A stretch of DNA of 34,458 bases from Octopus bimaculoides (lineage: Eukaryota), in assembly GCF_001194135.2 (NCBI RefSeq), contig NC_068990.1:36778892-36813349 (forward strand), in the 5' to 3' direction. Under the pieces are notes generated by a model. The model saw only the letters and a program-made list of their open reading frames with translations, had not been told where the DNA came from and ran no database searches. Shown here one piece after another: positions 1-11,891 of the stretch; the first letter of the stretch is position 1, and every line of letters begins with the position of its first letter. Position numbers and translations under genes: made by a program.

Positions 1-55
<55 letters not shown>

Positions 56-60
56 TACAT
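1..60. repeat. (TA)n followed by (CA)n microsatellite
   Basis: Direct reading of the sequence. Confidence 0.98.
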
Positions 61-109
61 ATACGTGTGTAGTTGTTATTATTGTTGTTGTGGTTTGGTT
101 CTGAGAATG

Positions 110-360
110 ATAATTGATATGCAGCTTAGAGATGATGATGATAATGATGACAGCGACAATGATGATAGTGATGACGGTGACAGTCACAGAATGGTGACGT
201 TAACAGTGATAGTCACAGTGCTGACGGGGGTGATGTTAGTTGTGGTGATGACGATGATGATGCGGAAGGGAAGAACGAGATGGGGAATGAGGATGGGGGT
301 GGTTAGCGATAATGGGACCAGCAGAGGATGGTGATGTTGGCAATGACATGCTAGAGGTGA
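110..360. repeat. Degenerate GAT/GAC/GGT trinucleotide low-complexity tract
   Basis: Runs such as gatgatgatgataatgatgacagcgacaatgatgatagtgatgac; source of the D/M/V-rich ORFs 65..334, 184..498 and 236..481. Confidence 0.9.
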
Positions 361-849
361 CTGATACGTAAAGAGATAAAAGGCAGGGAATCTGGTGATG
401 CACAAGCACACTACCACATACAGATATGTGTATAAACAGAGACACATGCACACACAGACACAAATAATAAATAAACAACAAAAAATGTTAATAAACAACC
501 ACTTCTTCTTTCCAAAAACCTATGATTACCTGTTTTAACAGCTAAAGATACGTAGCATGGAACTTGAAAGAAAACAGATTGTCAGAAAATTTGTAATTGA
601 AAATAACATATATATACACTTGTATATCTATCAATCTATCTATTTATCTATCTATCTAACTATCTATTATATATTTGTGTCTGTGTGTGTTTGTGTGCAT
701 GTATGTATATATATTTATAAATTTAGGCATACACACACACAAAGGCACACACACACACCAACACACACATATAGATATCCATGCATGCATACATACATGT
801 ATGCTTGCATTCATACATAATACACCTGGTCAGATTTGTGTTTCTTGAT

Positions 850-1620
850 GTGACAGAGGCTCATCTATGAACTCAATTAAATGATTGCCCAGATGTTTCA
901 TGAATCTATTCACTCTCACTCTGTTTATTAGAAGGATATTGAAGGGTTGTGCTGTAAAGCCGTAAGCCATTTCTCTCTCTGGTCCAACTTCTAGAAGATA
1001 TAGCTGGGACTTTCAGTAGTATGCCATGACATCCATTTCAGAGATTGGAACAGCTGTCAGTACCAGATTTTGATGCAAGCCCTTCCAGTACTTTTCACTT
1101 ATATCACTTCATTGTTACCTATCTTTGCTCCAGGGAGTAGAATCTTAGTTTTTCCATTCCCTGCCAAGTGTTGATCTGTTGCCTAGAAGCAATATATTTT
1201 TGGTTTAGTATTACTGGATTTCTTCAATCCCAGTTAGCTTAACCTTTTATAATGATCCTGGTAGGGAGCAGCAGTCTACCATCTCAGAACAGATCCTCTA
1301 CAAGAAGAATATAATTTTTTTGTTTTCTGGTTCTAAATGATCCCAGAATCCATCCCATCAGTTGTATGCACATAGTTGATGGTTTAGTAATTTGTGCACG
1401 AAACGATGCATAACTACTCATTAGGGCAAATCACAGCTCTTTGACATCACAAATGGTCTTAATCACCAGTGATACTTTTGTACAGTCAGGATAGCTAATG
1501 GGTGTATCTGGCCATATAGCTGAGGATATGTCCCAGAGAGCCATTACAAACAGAATGACTTCAAGAGAGATTCCTTTTCTGATCTAGAACGCTTCCATAT
1601 CTATTTTTATTTGTACCAAC
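850..1620 (-). mobile_element. Decayed CR1/L2-type LINE, RT C-terminal part and ORF2 end
   Basis: Minus-strand translation gives KGISLEVILFVMALWDISSAIWPDTPISYPDCTKVSLVI (cf. GVPQG..LGPLLF...SYADDTK), then LRFYSLEQR (cf. L.LYSLERRR) and GFTAQPFNILL (cf. G.RG..LFN.LP), broken by stops and frameshifts. Confidence 0.7.
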
Positions 1621-2527
1621 TTTAATAATGACAACCTAAATTTGAAAGGAAAATAGTTAGAGATTTTAGTTGAGAGTAGGTAACTTGATGTTTGTTTTCT
1701 ACATCTCAAAATAAGAGAGTTTGTGCAATCATTTGATGGTGGACCAAGGAAGCTAACACATGCCCTGATATTTCTATGTAATGAAATAGTGTTATTACTA
1801 ATCACTAATGGCTAAGAAGCAAGTTAAGAGATGTCCAGTCAAGATCAGTAACAAACTCCAGACAAAACAGAAGCAATACTTCAGTAATTATATAAAGATG
1901 TTGTTAATTTAAGAAGAGTGAGGACAGTTCATAATGTGGGGCTATCTTCAAGACTAGTTGTCAAAGAATCATATCTTGTTTAGCTTAATGATGGAATTTC
2001 CAGCATTTTGTGATAAAGGAGTGGGTGTAATAGTAAGAAAAATACATGCACAAACATTTCACCTGAGATTTCTAAGAAAGACCCCAAATTTCCAAACCTT
2101 TTCACTCTGTTTTGTATGTACCGTTTAAAATTAATTATTTTGTATTCCTCTTTCATTTTTGGAACATTTTGCTGCTGAGAACTTTTGGATACCATAACCA
2201 TACCTTCATGCATTTTACCATTCTATTGTGTTGTATTTATGTTATAGTATGTATTAACTTATCAGTGACAGGCTCTGGAAAAATCAGCATCAAGTGCTTA
2301 AGTTTTGATAGTGATTAAGAAATCAATAAGACATCATATGTGATATTCCCACCATTTTTTATTCTTTTTTTTTTATTACAACATATGTTCTTCATTGTAA
2401 TTTCTCAGTTCTATGAAGCCTTCTTTGATTAAATTTCCTATCTCTTATCCTTTAAATTTGCAATCATCCACAAAATATCTTTGAGTGGTTTTAAATAAGC
2501 AAAATGTATAATAATTAGAATTTTCAG

Positions 2528-2651
2528 AAAAGAAAACTTTGATAACACTGGTGGTGCTTCAGAACCATTAACCTTAAATTCCCCAGAAGAATGGATGAGA
2601 CGTAAAACTCTGTCCAAGTGTAACATCCAGGCAGTGTCTGAGTATACCTAA
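2528..2651 (+). CDS. Candidate terminal coding exon of an unidentified gene
   Basis: Acceptor aattttcag|A at 2527/2528; phase-1 frame KENFDNTGGASEPLTLNSPEEWMRRKTLSKCNIQAVSEYT ends at TAA 2649-2651 in non-repetitive sequence. No family recognised. Confidence 0.3.
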
Positions 2652-3959
2652 CAGTCACTGTAGTATTTGCAACTGTTCAAGCATATCAAATGTCAGTTTC
2701 TCATATGGCTATAATTCATGAAGCAAATTGTTTCTTGGCTTTCATAATGTTGCTTCTGAATGGCTTAATGGTTTAAACTATTCCACTTGGCAATATCAGC
2801 TTGGATAAAATCGTCAGCGCTTCCACTATCAATTAAAGCTTGCATTGATTGAATATTAATCACAGTATTAATGAATGCAATAGATAAATGTTCCAATAAA
2901 GCTGAAAAACTTAACAAAGATGAAGAAATAAATGTGTTAGAGATTGGTTCATTGTCTACTATATAACGTCATAATTTTGATGTATTATATGATTTGAAAA
3001 CTTACACACCATTTTTCGTACATTTGTGATAAATGGCATTTCTTGATGGACATCTTTATATATATACTTTCCACAAAATTGCAGTTGCTGAAATCTCTTC
3101 TTGTTTGGTGAATTTCTTTGCAGCAATATAAGTATTCCTGAAAATATCATGATTATAAATGCTTTTATTTTTTTCTACTAAGTACCATGATCTAATTTGT
3201 GATTGTGTTTCCAAGTACAGTGTTTTATTTTTTCATTTCCACTTGCCCTTTTTTGAGTAGTCTAAATCTTATAATCTTATATAGGTAGACAACATTCCAG
3301 AAATGAAAGCATACATTATCTTTGAAGTTTTGCATACTGTTCTGATGACACTTTTGAAGTTACATTCTTTAGCCAGGAGTTTTAAGATTTGAAGAAATCA
3401 GCTCAGAGACTCTAATCTTTTGCTTGCATAGGACAAATTAATGTCTCACAAGACCCTTATTGACTGTTTAAATGTAAAATATCCTTGGAGCAATTTATTG
3501 CATCTTTGTAACTGTCACAATATGTGACGTGAAGTTTATGAGGACATGGAACATGTTAAGGTCTAAAATACCAACCAGAAAAATTGTTGAAATAGAAATA
3601 ATTAGTGCTTAAATTCTGAAGTGGCAAACATTGATTCAGAAAGAATTGTGTTGAGATTTTTAGAGCATAGAATTCTTTCATATTCAATCTCTTATACAAT
3701 ATGTATTAAGAAGTAACAATAAGTAGTTTGGATAATTTAATTCAATGCCAGAATTCTAGATGCATTTTTCGCCAGTCAACAGTGTACATGTATATTATAC
3801 ACAACCACACACCCATATATCAGAATCTGTCCTCTCTCTTTTCCACCTGAAGTTAGCCATGCATCTCCTCTACAGCCTGACACCTCTTTCTATCTGTTTA
3901 TCATACATCAACCATTCATTCTCTGGCATAAATCCACCCCTCTCAATAATATTCCCCAT

Positions 3960-4200
3960 CTCACTTGAGAGGTCTTAATTTGTAGGGTTACTAGGTGACC
4001 TCACTGGTGCTGGCTCCTCATAAAAAGCACCCAGTAAACTCTGCAAGGAGGTTGGAATTAGGCAAAGTATCCAGTCATTGCAATCATGCTAAAACAGACA
4101 GTGGAGTTAGGTGCAGGCCTCTGACTTACCAGCACTTGTCAAATCCATTAAACCCATACCAGTAGAAAAATGAACATTAAATAGTGATGATAATGATGTA
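3960..4200 (+). mobile_element. SINE or non-autonomous element with RTE-type 3' tail
   Basis: gacctcactggtgctggc...aaaaagcacccagtaaactctg...aaacccataccagtagaaaaatgaacattaaatagtgatgataatgatg; the same family recurs at 8942-9050 (-) and 21800-22370 (+). Confidence 0.7.
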
Positions 4201-4289
4201 ATCACACACACACACACACACATTATAAATGGAATGAACAGTCTATTGAACCTAAAATTTATTCAGATTTTCATAATGCCTAGGTAATT

Positions 4290-4480
4290 GAGATTACGTG
4301 ACATTCTTTGAATGAGATGTCAGTACATCACAAGAATAAGCATCAACTACTGTTAATACACATGTTAAGCTGAGTGCACTGGAGTACCATAAAATAAAGT
4401 AACTTGATCAAGAACACAATGTGTTACCTGAGTAAGAATTGAACCCCTGATCTAACAATCTTGAGCCAAACACCCTAACT
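4290..4480 (-). mobile_element. Degenerate tRNA-derived SINE
   Basis: Reverse complement gives a tRNA-like head (gttagggtgtttggctcaagattg...ggggttcaattc, B-box-like) followed by tgtgttcttgatcaagttacttt, as in the copies at 21861 and 28558. Confidence 0.65.
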
Positions 4481-5061
4481 GCCAAATCCCTCCCCACCAC
4501 ATGCACACAGAGACACATTTAAACACAGACACAGGGACACATTCACATATACACACACACATTAAACAATCATTTACTTTCTTATGAGAAGAAAATTGTT
4601 TACATGTGTATACCAGTACACGTGTGTGTTTCCCTGTGTGTTTGCGTATGTGTCTGAATATATGTCTGGGTATGAATCTGGGGGTATTTGTGCACATATA
4701 TGTTTGTATTTTAGACACTTGTATGTCTACATGATTGCTCAACAAGAAATAGATATTTGGCTTGATTTCTGTTAGGTTTCTATTTATTATTTATTCATCT
4801 TGAAATCGATGTTTAGAAAGATATAATATTTAATATACTATATATACATTCATACACACACAACGAGAAGGAGGAGAGATAAATAAATAGGGATACACTT
4901 ACAGATATGGCCCCTCCATATACATATGCATATATGTACATATGTATGTGTGTGTGGGATATGTATGTATATATATGTATGCATATATATTCAATAGCAA
5001 TGATCAGAAATAGTTTGAAAATGAAGAAACTGATTTTATTTTATTTTATTTCATTTTACAG

Positions 5062-5073
5062 ATACACAGATTT
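5062..5073 (+). other. Candidate 12-nt microexon (ATACACAGATTT)
   Basis: Branch-like actgatt, T-rich tract, ttttacag| acceptor, then TT|gtaagt consensus donor; length is a multiple of 3 and all three frames are open. Confidence 0.4.
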
Positions 5074-5289
5074 GTAAGTTCTATGCACTGGATATTTGAT
5101 ACATGTACAAATCCCTATATTTCATTTGCATAAGAAATGCAAACATCCTCATGCTTATGCCACCACAAAATTAATAACAGCCTTTAATGTTTAAAATTGC
5201 CAGACATTTTCATTAGACAATGCTAACAAAGTAGATTCTCTATTGATCTGCAAGTAAATATACAAAGCATCTTTTAATGCTTTTCATGA

Positions 5290-5430
5290 CCAAATGGTTA
5301 AGCAGTTTTTTATGCAATAACAAGGTTCTGGGTTTGATTCCACAGGGTGAAATCTTTGGTTAGAAGTATCATATACCATAACCACTAGCTGATTCAAGGC
5401 CTAGAGTGAAATTGGGGAGATAGAAACTGT
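5290..5430 (+). mobile_element. Degenerate tRNA-derived SINE 5' half
   Basis: aatggttaagcag...ggttctgggtttgattccac (B-box-like)...aaggcctagagtgaaattgggg...gaaactg...gaaagc resembles the 5' half of the 11682 family. Confidence 0.55.
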
Positions 5431-5499
5431 TTGAAAGCTTCCAAAATGAATTGTACCACAAATTCAAATATCCAGTATTCTACCCACCAGGGTATGTCA

Positions 5500-6300
5500 T
5501 GCTGATTCTGCTTGAGGATTATATTAAAGGTACATGTCTGTGGAATATTCAGTCACTCACATGCTGTTTCAATAACTATATATGGGTTCAATGAAGAAAA
5601 TACTTACGAGAAAGAGGAAAGTGACTTTCTCTCAAGTAGACACAATGTAGGGATCAGCTATCGAATTAGTTGCAGTGTGGTTGGAAATTTGATCAAAGAT
5701 GCGAAAGCAAAGAAAGAACTCAATAGATCACAAATAGTTGCTAAGATGATTGAAATATATGACAAAGTAGGGCATGTGCTAATTATCCCTAGAGTCTAAC
5801 ACATAATACAAGAAGGTGCCTTACCCAAAGAGTAGTGCAGCAGTACTTCTGTCAAGTGCTATGAAGGCAAAGGTGATGCACTAAATAGAGGCAATCACAG
5901 AGGGATCACATTATTGAACTAAAAGATATGGAGTTATAGAGCGATTGATTAGGAATAGAATTAGTTAAGTTTTATGCCAGTAAAAACTACTAATACCCTA
6001 TTTCTACAGCGATATCTCTTGGAGAGGTACTTAACCGAAAGTGAGCAAATGTACCTAATATTCATTGATTTTCAGAAAGCTTTTGAAATGGTTCCAAGCT
6101 CTGTTATCCTGTGGTTACTAAAGAAAATAGAGATAGGTCAATATGAAAACCATGTACAAAGGAGCTGTCTAGAAGATAAAAGTCAGCAATTAGTTCAACA
6201 AGATAAAATTTAGCAAGTAAGTAGTGATCTTTAAGAACCATTTCCCATCTTCTATTATAGTACACAAAGCCATAACAGAGTTGTTTATAACTAGCTGTCC
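5500..6300 (+). mobile_element. Decayed RTE-type LINE, RT N-terminal region
   Basis: Translation LPKE*CSSTSVKCYEGKGDALNRGNHRGITLLN (cf. P.DW....IV..YKGKGD.....NYRGI.LL) and YLIFIDFQKAFEMVPSSVILWLLKK (cf. FVDLEKAFDRVPR..IWW.LRK). Confidence 0.85.
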
Positions 6301-6849
6301 ATATGCATTTCTGTAGAAAATTTAGATGGAAGTAAAACCTGGAGTTGAGAGATTTCTAGAGTATAATTTTCAATGTTTAATGCTTTACCAAGTAGAAAAA
6401 AGAGTATGGCTATTTCCTTACACTCGTCAGGGATATAGCCATATTGCTATGTAGAAAAGTAGGTAGAAATTTCTATGGAGTAAATCCAGTGTGATCTAAA
6501 GAAATATAAGAGGTGTAGTGGGATCCCAAACAGACTAACGATGAAGGCAGATCTTCTTACGTTGCAGATATACAGGCGGAGTTAGCAATATGAATAAACA
6601 TGAAAAAATTATTTTTTTCAGCGTACTATTTTCGCATACGCACTACCAAGTATGACATCACCCCTTTCTTCCTTATTCGTCTATCACCTCTTCCTTTCAC
6701 ATTCATAAACACAAGAGTATTATTATAGTAGATTATCTTGGTAACCATGNNNNNNNNNNNNNNNNNNNNNNNNNNNNNNNNNNNNNNNNNNNNNNNNNNN
6801 NNNNNNNNNNNNNNNNNNNNNNNNNNNNNNNNNNNNNNNNNNNNNNNNN

Positions 6850-6884
<35 letters not shown>

Positions 6885-6999
6885 TATATATATATAACAT
6901 ATATGTATATATGTATGTATATAGAAGTGAAAATGCGTGCATGTGTGTGAATATTACAATTGAAATAAATCTGCAAGCATCAAACGATTGAGGTATTAC

Positions 7000-7120
7000 A
7001 CATTTTTTCAATGAAGTTATATGATAATGTAAGGAGATAAAATGAACTACTACTGCGACTACAAATAGTAACAACAACAACAACGAGGAGAAGAAGGAAG
7101 AGGACAAGAATGAATTGGGC

Positions 7121-7151
<31 letters not shown>

Positions 7152-7730
7152 TCCATCGTAATATATAAATATTGGTGCATGTTTGTAGCATGCGTGTTTG
7201 TGTTCTGTGTATGTGTGTGTGTGTATGTGTATGTTTTATGCATATTAATGATAATAGTAATAACAAGGAGGAGGAAATGGTAAAGATGTTGATGATGGTG
7301 ATGATGATGAGGAGGATGGTGATGATGATGGTGATAATGACAATGATGATGACGGTGACAATGGCAGTGGTTATAGTGGTGACCATGGCAACAATGACAG
7401 CGAAGATGACGGTGACCATGATCATGACGATGACAATGACAATGACAAGGTGGATGATGTTGATGATGATGATGATGTGGTGGTGGTGGAAGTGATGGTG
7501 ATGGTGGTGGTAATGATGTTGATGATGATGATGATGATGATAGTTGTGATGGTGATGGTAATGACGATGATGATGATGACAAAGATGATGTTGAGGAATG
7601 ATGATGATGATTGAGATGAAGAGATTGTACAGAAAGTAACAATAATGACAACAACAAAAATAACAATATACAACCACCATCACCACCACAATGATGCAAC
7701 GTAACAACAACAACAGCAACAACGGTTCAT
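7000..7730. repeat. Compound trinucleotide microsatellite field (AAC, AAT, GAT, GAC, GGT) with a TG tract
   Basis: Direct reading; explains the His/Ile/Ser/Met-rich ORFs 6733..7833, 6980..7699, 7172..7495 and 7422..7673. Confidence 0.95.
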
Positions 7731-8299
7731 TTCTGACAATAAAATTGCATTCTTGTACAGCGAGTGAATTGTCATCCATTTGCAGGGTTGTATTCTGTGC
7801 TATGACATCCACCTCTGCTAAGCAATACTTCAAGCTGAAAACCTTCAGATTCCATTAAAGTATTTTGATGTACTGTCTAGATATATTTTTATAAGTTTTG
7901 AAGAAACTCAGTAGAAATCTGATATGAAGGAAATATTCCATCTCATTATGGTATTCACCAAAATAATATACACTTTAAAGAGACAGGTGGTATTTTCAGC
8001 AAGAAAAATTAGCATAACCAGAAGGATTCTGGGAAGTTGATACACGGAAAATTGGAAGTAAAATGTACATTTTAATGATTATGTTCCTGGTAATTATTGG
8101 TACGACAAAGAATTCGGTTCTGTTCTGTTAATTCAAAGAATCTTGAGAATTGAATCAGAGGGAAAGGTGAATTTATAATAGATTCTCTAGGCATGCTTGT
8201 ATGTCATGTATTATTCTGTATAGCTTATGAATGTATGTGTATTTGAAAATATCCATGTAAATAATTGTATGTGTGTATGTGACTTTATGTATGAGTATG

Positions 8300-8320
8300 C
8301 ATTTGTGTGTGTATACATAC

Positions 8321-8387
<67 letters not shown>

Positions 8388-8470
8388 TATACACACACAA
8401 ATATATATATATATACATATACACAAACACACACAAACAAACATATACACACACACATATCTAAATACAT
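8300..8470. repeat. (TA)n/(CA)n microsatellite
   Basis: Direct reading. Confidence 0.97.
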
Positions 8471-8729
8471 ACCTCTATACGCATAATTTTATAACTTCCT
8501 AAGAAATCAATTATTTGTGTGTTACATGTGTATAGACATACATGAGTCTATGTAAGTTTGTGCATGTCTATATAGCATGTGTATGTTTATATACTTACTT
8601 CTAAGATAGAATTCAGCCAGCAGTGTATCTAATAACCATTTGATATCAGTTTGTTTGTGCATGTACATGTATTTTTTGATTCTACACACACATGGAAGCA
8701 CATACATATCACTACATTTATACAAGTCT

Positions 8730-8732
8730 AAG

Positions 8733-8771
<39 letters not shown>
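8730..8771. repeat. (TATC)n tetranucleotide microsatellite
   Basis: atctatctatctatctatct run. Confidence 0.97.
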
Positions 8772-8941
8772 TCATACATATAAACAAATATATATATGTA
8801 GATAGATATGCATATACATGTGTGAGCAAGTGTATGTGTGTGTCTGTGTGTGTCTATATATATATACACATATACATATACATATATACATACGCACACA
8901 TATACACACACACTCACTTATAGATGCATAAACTAGCTACA

Positions 8942-9050
8942 TCATCATCATCGTCACTTTTACATTCACATTTTTATGCTGGCATGGGTTGGATAGGATT
9001 TTCTGAGGCAGTGGTGTACACCCATATGCCCTTTCTAATGCTAATTCTTT
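8942..9050 (-). mobile_element. 3' end of RTE-tailed SINE family
   Basis: catcatcatcatcgtc...atttttatgctggcatgggttgga...tgccctttctaatgctaa is the reverse complement of the tail seen at 4060-4200. Confidence 0.6.
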
Positions 9051-9369
9051 TCGTTACTTCATACAAAGGAGAGAAACAAGTCCCACATATATAATTACCA
9101 AATGTCACTTAGTTTTCAAATTTCATTTCCAGGGAAACAAATTGGTTAATTTATTGGGAAAAAGACATATATGTCAGAAAAAGAATTCATATTGTACTCA
9201 ATGTTAATTTTTCATCAATAAGGGTAATTTGTTTTGAGACAGATGCAACAACAAAAACAAGTGCAAGCATGGTAGTATCATTAAGAAGTTTGATGCACTG
9301 CATGGCACCTTGGGTCATGTCCCTTCTTCTATAGCTTTGATGGAAATTTTGTAGAGGGAAACATATATA

Positions 9370-9464
<95 letters not shown>

Positions 9465-9606
9465 NNNNNNNNNNNNNNNNNNNNNNNNNNNNNNNNNNNN
9501 NNNNNNNNNNNNNNNNNNNNNNNNNNNNNNNNNNNNNNNNNNATATATATACATATATACTTGATAAGTGTAAGCACTGTTGTGTTCTGTTTTCAATTTT
9601 CGTTTA

Positions 9607-9637
<31 letters not shown>

Positions 9638-9638
<1 letters not shown>

Positions 9639-9790
9639 GGGAGAATTCATGAAAAAACAACAGATGAAGCCAGGTGGTGTAAACAACAAATGGATGTATT
9701 AGTATAACGCTCGGGAATAGAGAAAGTCTTTAACGTTTCGAGCTTACACTCTTCAACAGAAAGGAACACAGAAAGAAACAAGGAGAGAAA
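9638..9790 (-). mobile_element. Penelope-like element terminal fragment, copy 1
   Basis: About 150 bp repeat next to (TA)n, homologous to 12735-12885; contains ctgttgaagagtgtaagctcgaaacgttaaag on the minus strand. The family assignment rests on the hammerhead-like gaaacgt motif and is an inference. Confidence 0.5.
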
Positions 9791-9983
9791 GAAATAAGGA
9801 GAGAAAAAAATATATATACATACATACATATATATACATATATATATGCGTATGTATTAATATATACATATATGTGTGTGCGTATGTATATATACACGCA
9901 TACATACATATGCATGTATATATGTATATATATGTAGCATGTGTGTTTGTGTGTGTGTGTGTTTACATGGGTGTGTGTGTATA

Positions 9984-10730
9984 CAAGGGGCATTCTAGAA
10001 GTTTTGAGACATTTTTGGGAGAGGCAGTCATAAATGTAATTTTAGTATATCATTACTATATATCTAATAAGCTGATCTGCAAACTTTGTTATTCAGGACT
10101 GAAGGAAACAGCAACTCGAACTCATCCTACTAAATACTGTTTGTCACAGCTGACTAGTTTGTATAGTGCACTTGGGATGTAAAGACAATTTGGAAGCATG
10201 CTATGCAATAAAATTTTGTGTTAAGCTGAGCAAAAATGCTACAGAAACTTATGAAATGTTCCATACTGCTTAAGGATTAACTCATATGAACTGAGCATGT
10301 TTTCCACATATACAAGAAACCAGGCAAAGCAGATCAACTAGGAAGCTTATGATGATACCTTTATCGACAGCAAGGGCATAATTTACATTTACTGGATTCC
10401 CTTTGGTCATAAGATCAACAAAGAGTATTTTGTAGAAGTTTTGAGGGAGTTCAGGAAAAGGTTTTGTTGCAAAAGACCAAAACACTTGCACCCTGGACAA
10501 TGTACCAGTCCTCAGTTCCATCCTGATGGCCAACAACTTGACAGAGATGGACGGAAATGGACATCAAAATTGCCTCCCACTTTCCGTATACTTTTTCCCC
10601 AAGGTAGATAAAAAAAAAAAAGACAAAGGAAGCTGTGATGAGGCTCTGGGACATAATTACATTGGGAGACTTCTATAGGGCCTTTACAATGTGGCTAAGC
10701 GCTGAAAGTGAACTGAAGTTCTACTTTGAA
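9984..10730 (+). mobile_element. Internally deleted mariner transposon remnant
   Basis: TA then caaggggcattctagaagttttg (TIR-like); YAIKFCVKLSKNATETYEMFHTA*G matches the mariner N-terminal HTH; later SKGIIYIYWIPFGHKINKEYFVEVLREFRKRF, a degenerate HQDNAP-like segment and a ..FYFED* end. Confidence 0.9.
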
Positions 10731-10790
10731 GATTAAAGGTTCTGACTCCACAGTCACACCTGCACGTGTGTGTGTGTTTGTGTTTGTGTT

Positions 10791-10834
<44 letters not shown>

Positions 10835-11681
10835 CTATAATCCTTTTGAGATCTCAGAAGATTTTTTTCTGAATCTTCTGATTCTTTTAATGTGCNNNNN
10901 NNNNNNNNNNNNNNNNNNNNNNNNNNNNNNNNNNNNNNNNNNNNNNNNNNNNNNNNNNNNNNNNNNNNNNNNNNNNNTAAGAAGGGTTAAAAAGGGTTTC
11001 TTACCGGCTTTCATTGCTTGGCAAATTTTCAAGAAGGGGGAAAATGAAAATAATGTTTTTTTACAAAAATATAAAAAATATATAATAGAAATAAATATAC
11101 TAATACCTTATATTGTCTTCGAGTTTTTAAAGTTCAATGGTAATCCATGTAGATAATTGTTAGAAAGATTAAGATGCATGCATTTTAGTTTTAGTGTAAT
11201 GTATAAAAAGGCTGAATGTTTATGTGTCAAACAGGAAGTGTGGATAAGGGGAGACAATTCTGTGGGTTTTATACTCTTTAGTTGGAGTTCTGGACTCTTT
11301 TGTCAACAGGAAGTTTATGTCTGTTCTTAGAGAAACAAGATGTAAATTTATATGTATTTCATTGGGAAGGTGAGAGAAGGGAATATGGTTACCAAGGTAT
11401 TTGTATGTTAAGAAGCGTTTGAAATTTTTCTATAAAAAGATTCTCCTTGATTCTTTCTTGTGTAGAGTTTCTGTCTTTACATTGATAGAAGGGGAATATC
11501 TCTACTTACAAAACCTTTCAAAAGTTCATATAAACTTATATGAAATTTTGAAAGGTTTTGCGAGTAGAGACAACTTTTTCAGGATGTTTGGGATTTTAAC
11601 TTAGAAGACGGCTTTATTTGAACTTGTACTGGTTGAGGGAAGTATTAGATCATTTCAAATATAAATATACATATATATATA

Positions 11682-11852
11682 GGCACAGGAGTAGCTGTGT
11701 GGGAAGTAGCTTGCTTACCAACCACATGATTCCGGGTTCAGTCCCACTGCATGGCACCTTGGGCAAGTGTCTTCCACTATAGCTTCGGGCCGACCAAAGC
11801 CTTGTGAGTGGATTTGGTAGAGGGAAACTGAAAGAAGCCTGTTGTATATATG

Positions 11853-11891
<39 letters not shown>

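Noticed and set aside
542-592. Possible 51-nt exon LKIRSMELERKQIVRKF (ttttaacag| ... TTT|gtaatt)
   Set aside because: Only a moderate donor; its phase does not join the long frame of the 2528 candidate; no homology recognised.
6733-7833. 366-aa ORF and overlapping His/Ile/Ser-rich ORFs
   Set aside because: Translations of trinucleotide microsatellites and an N-gap; no domain content.
11682-11760. tRNA-like sequence (also at 21861, 22020, 28558, 15480-15540)
   Set aside because: A/B-box-like motifs run straight into SINE bodies and no full cloverleaf could be drawn; these are SINE heads, not tRNA genes.
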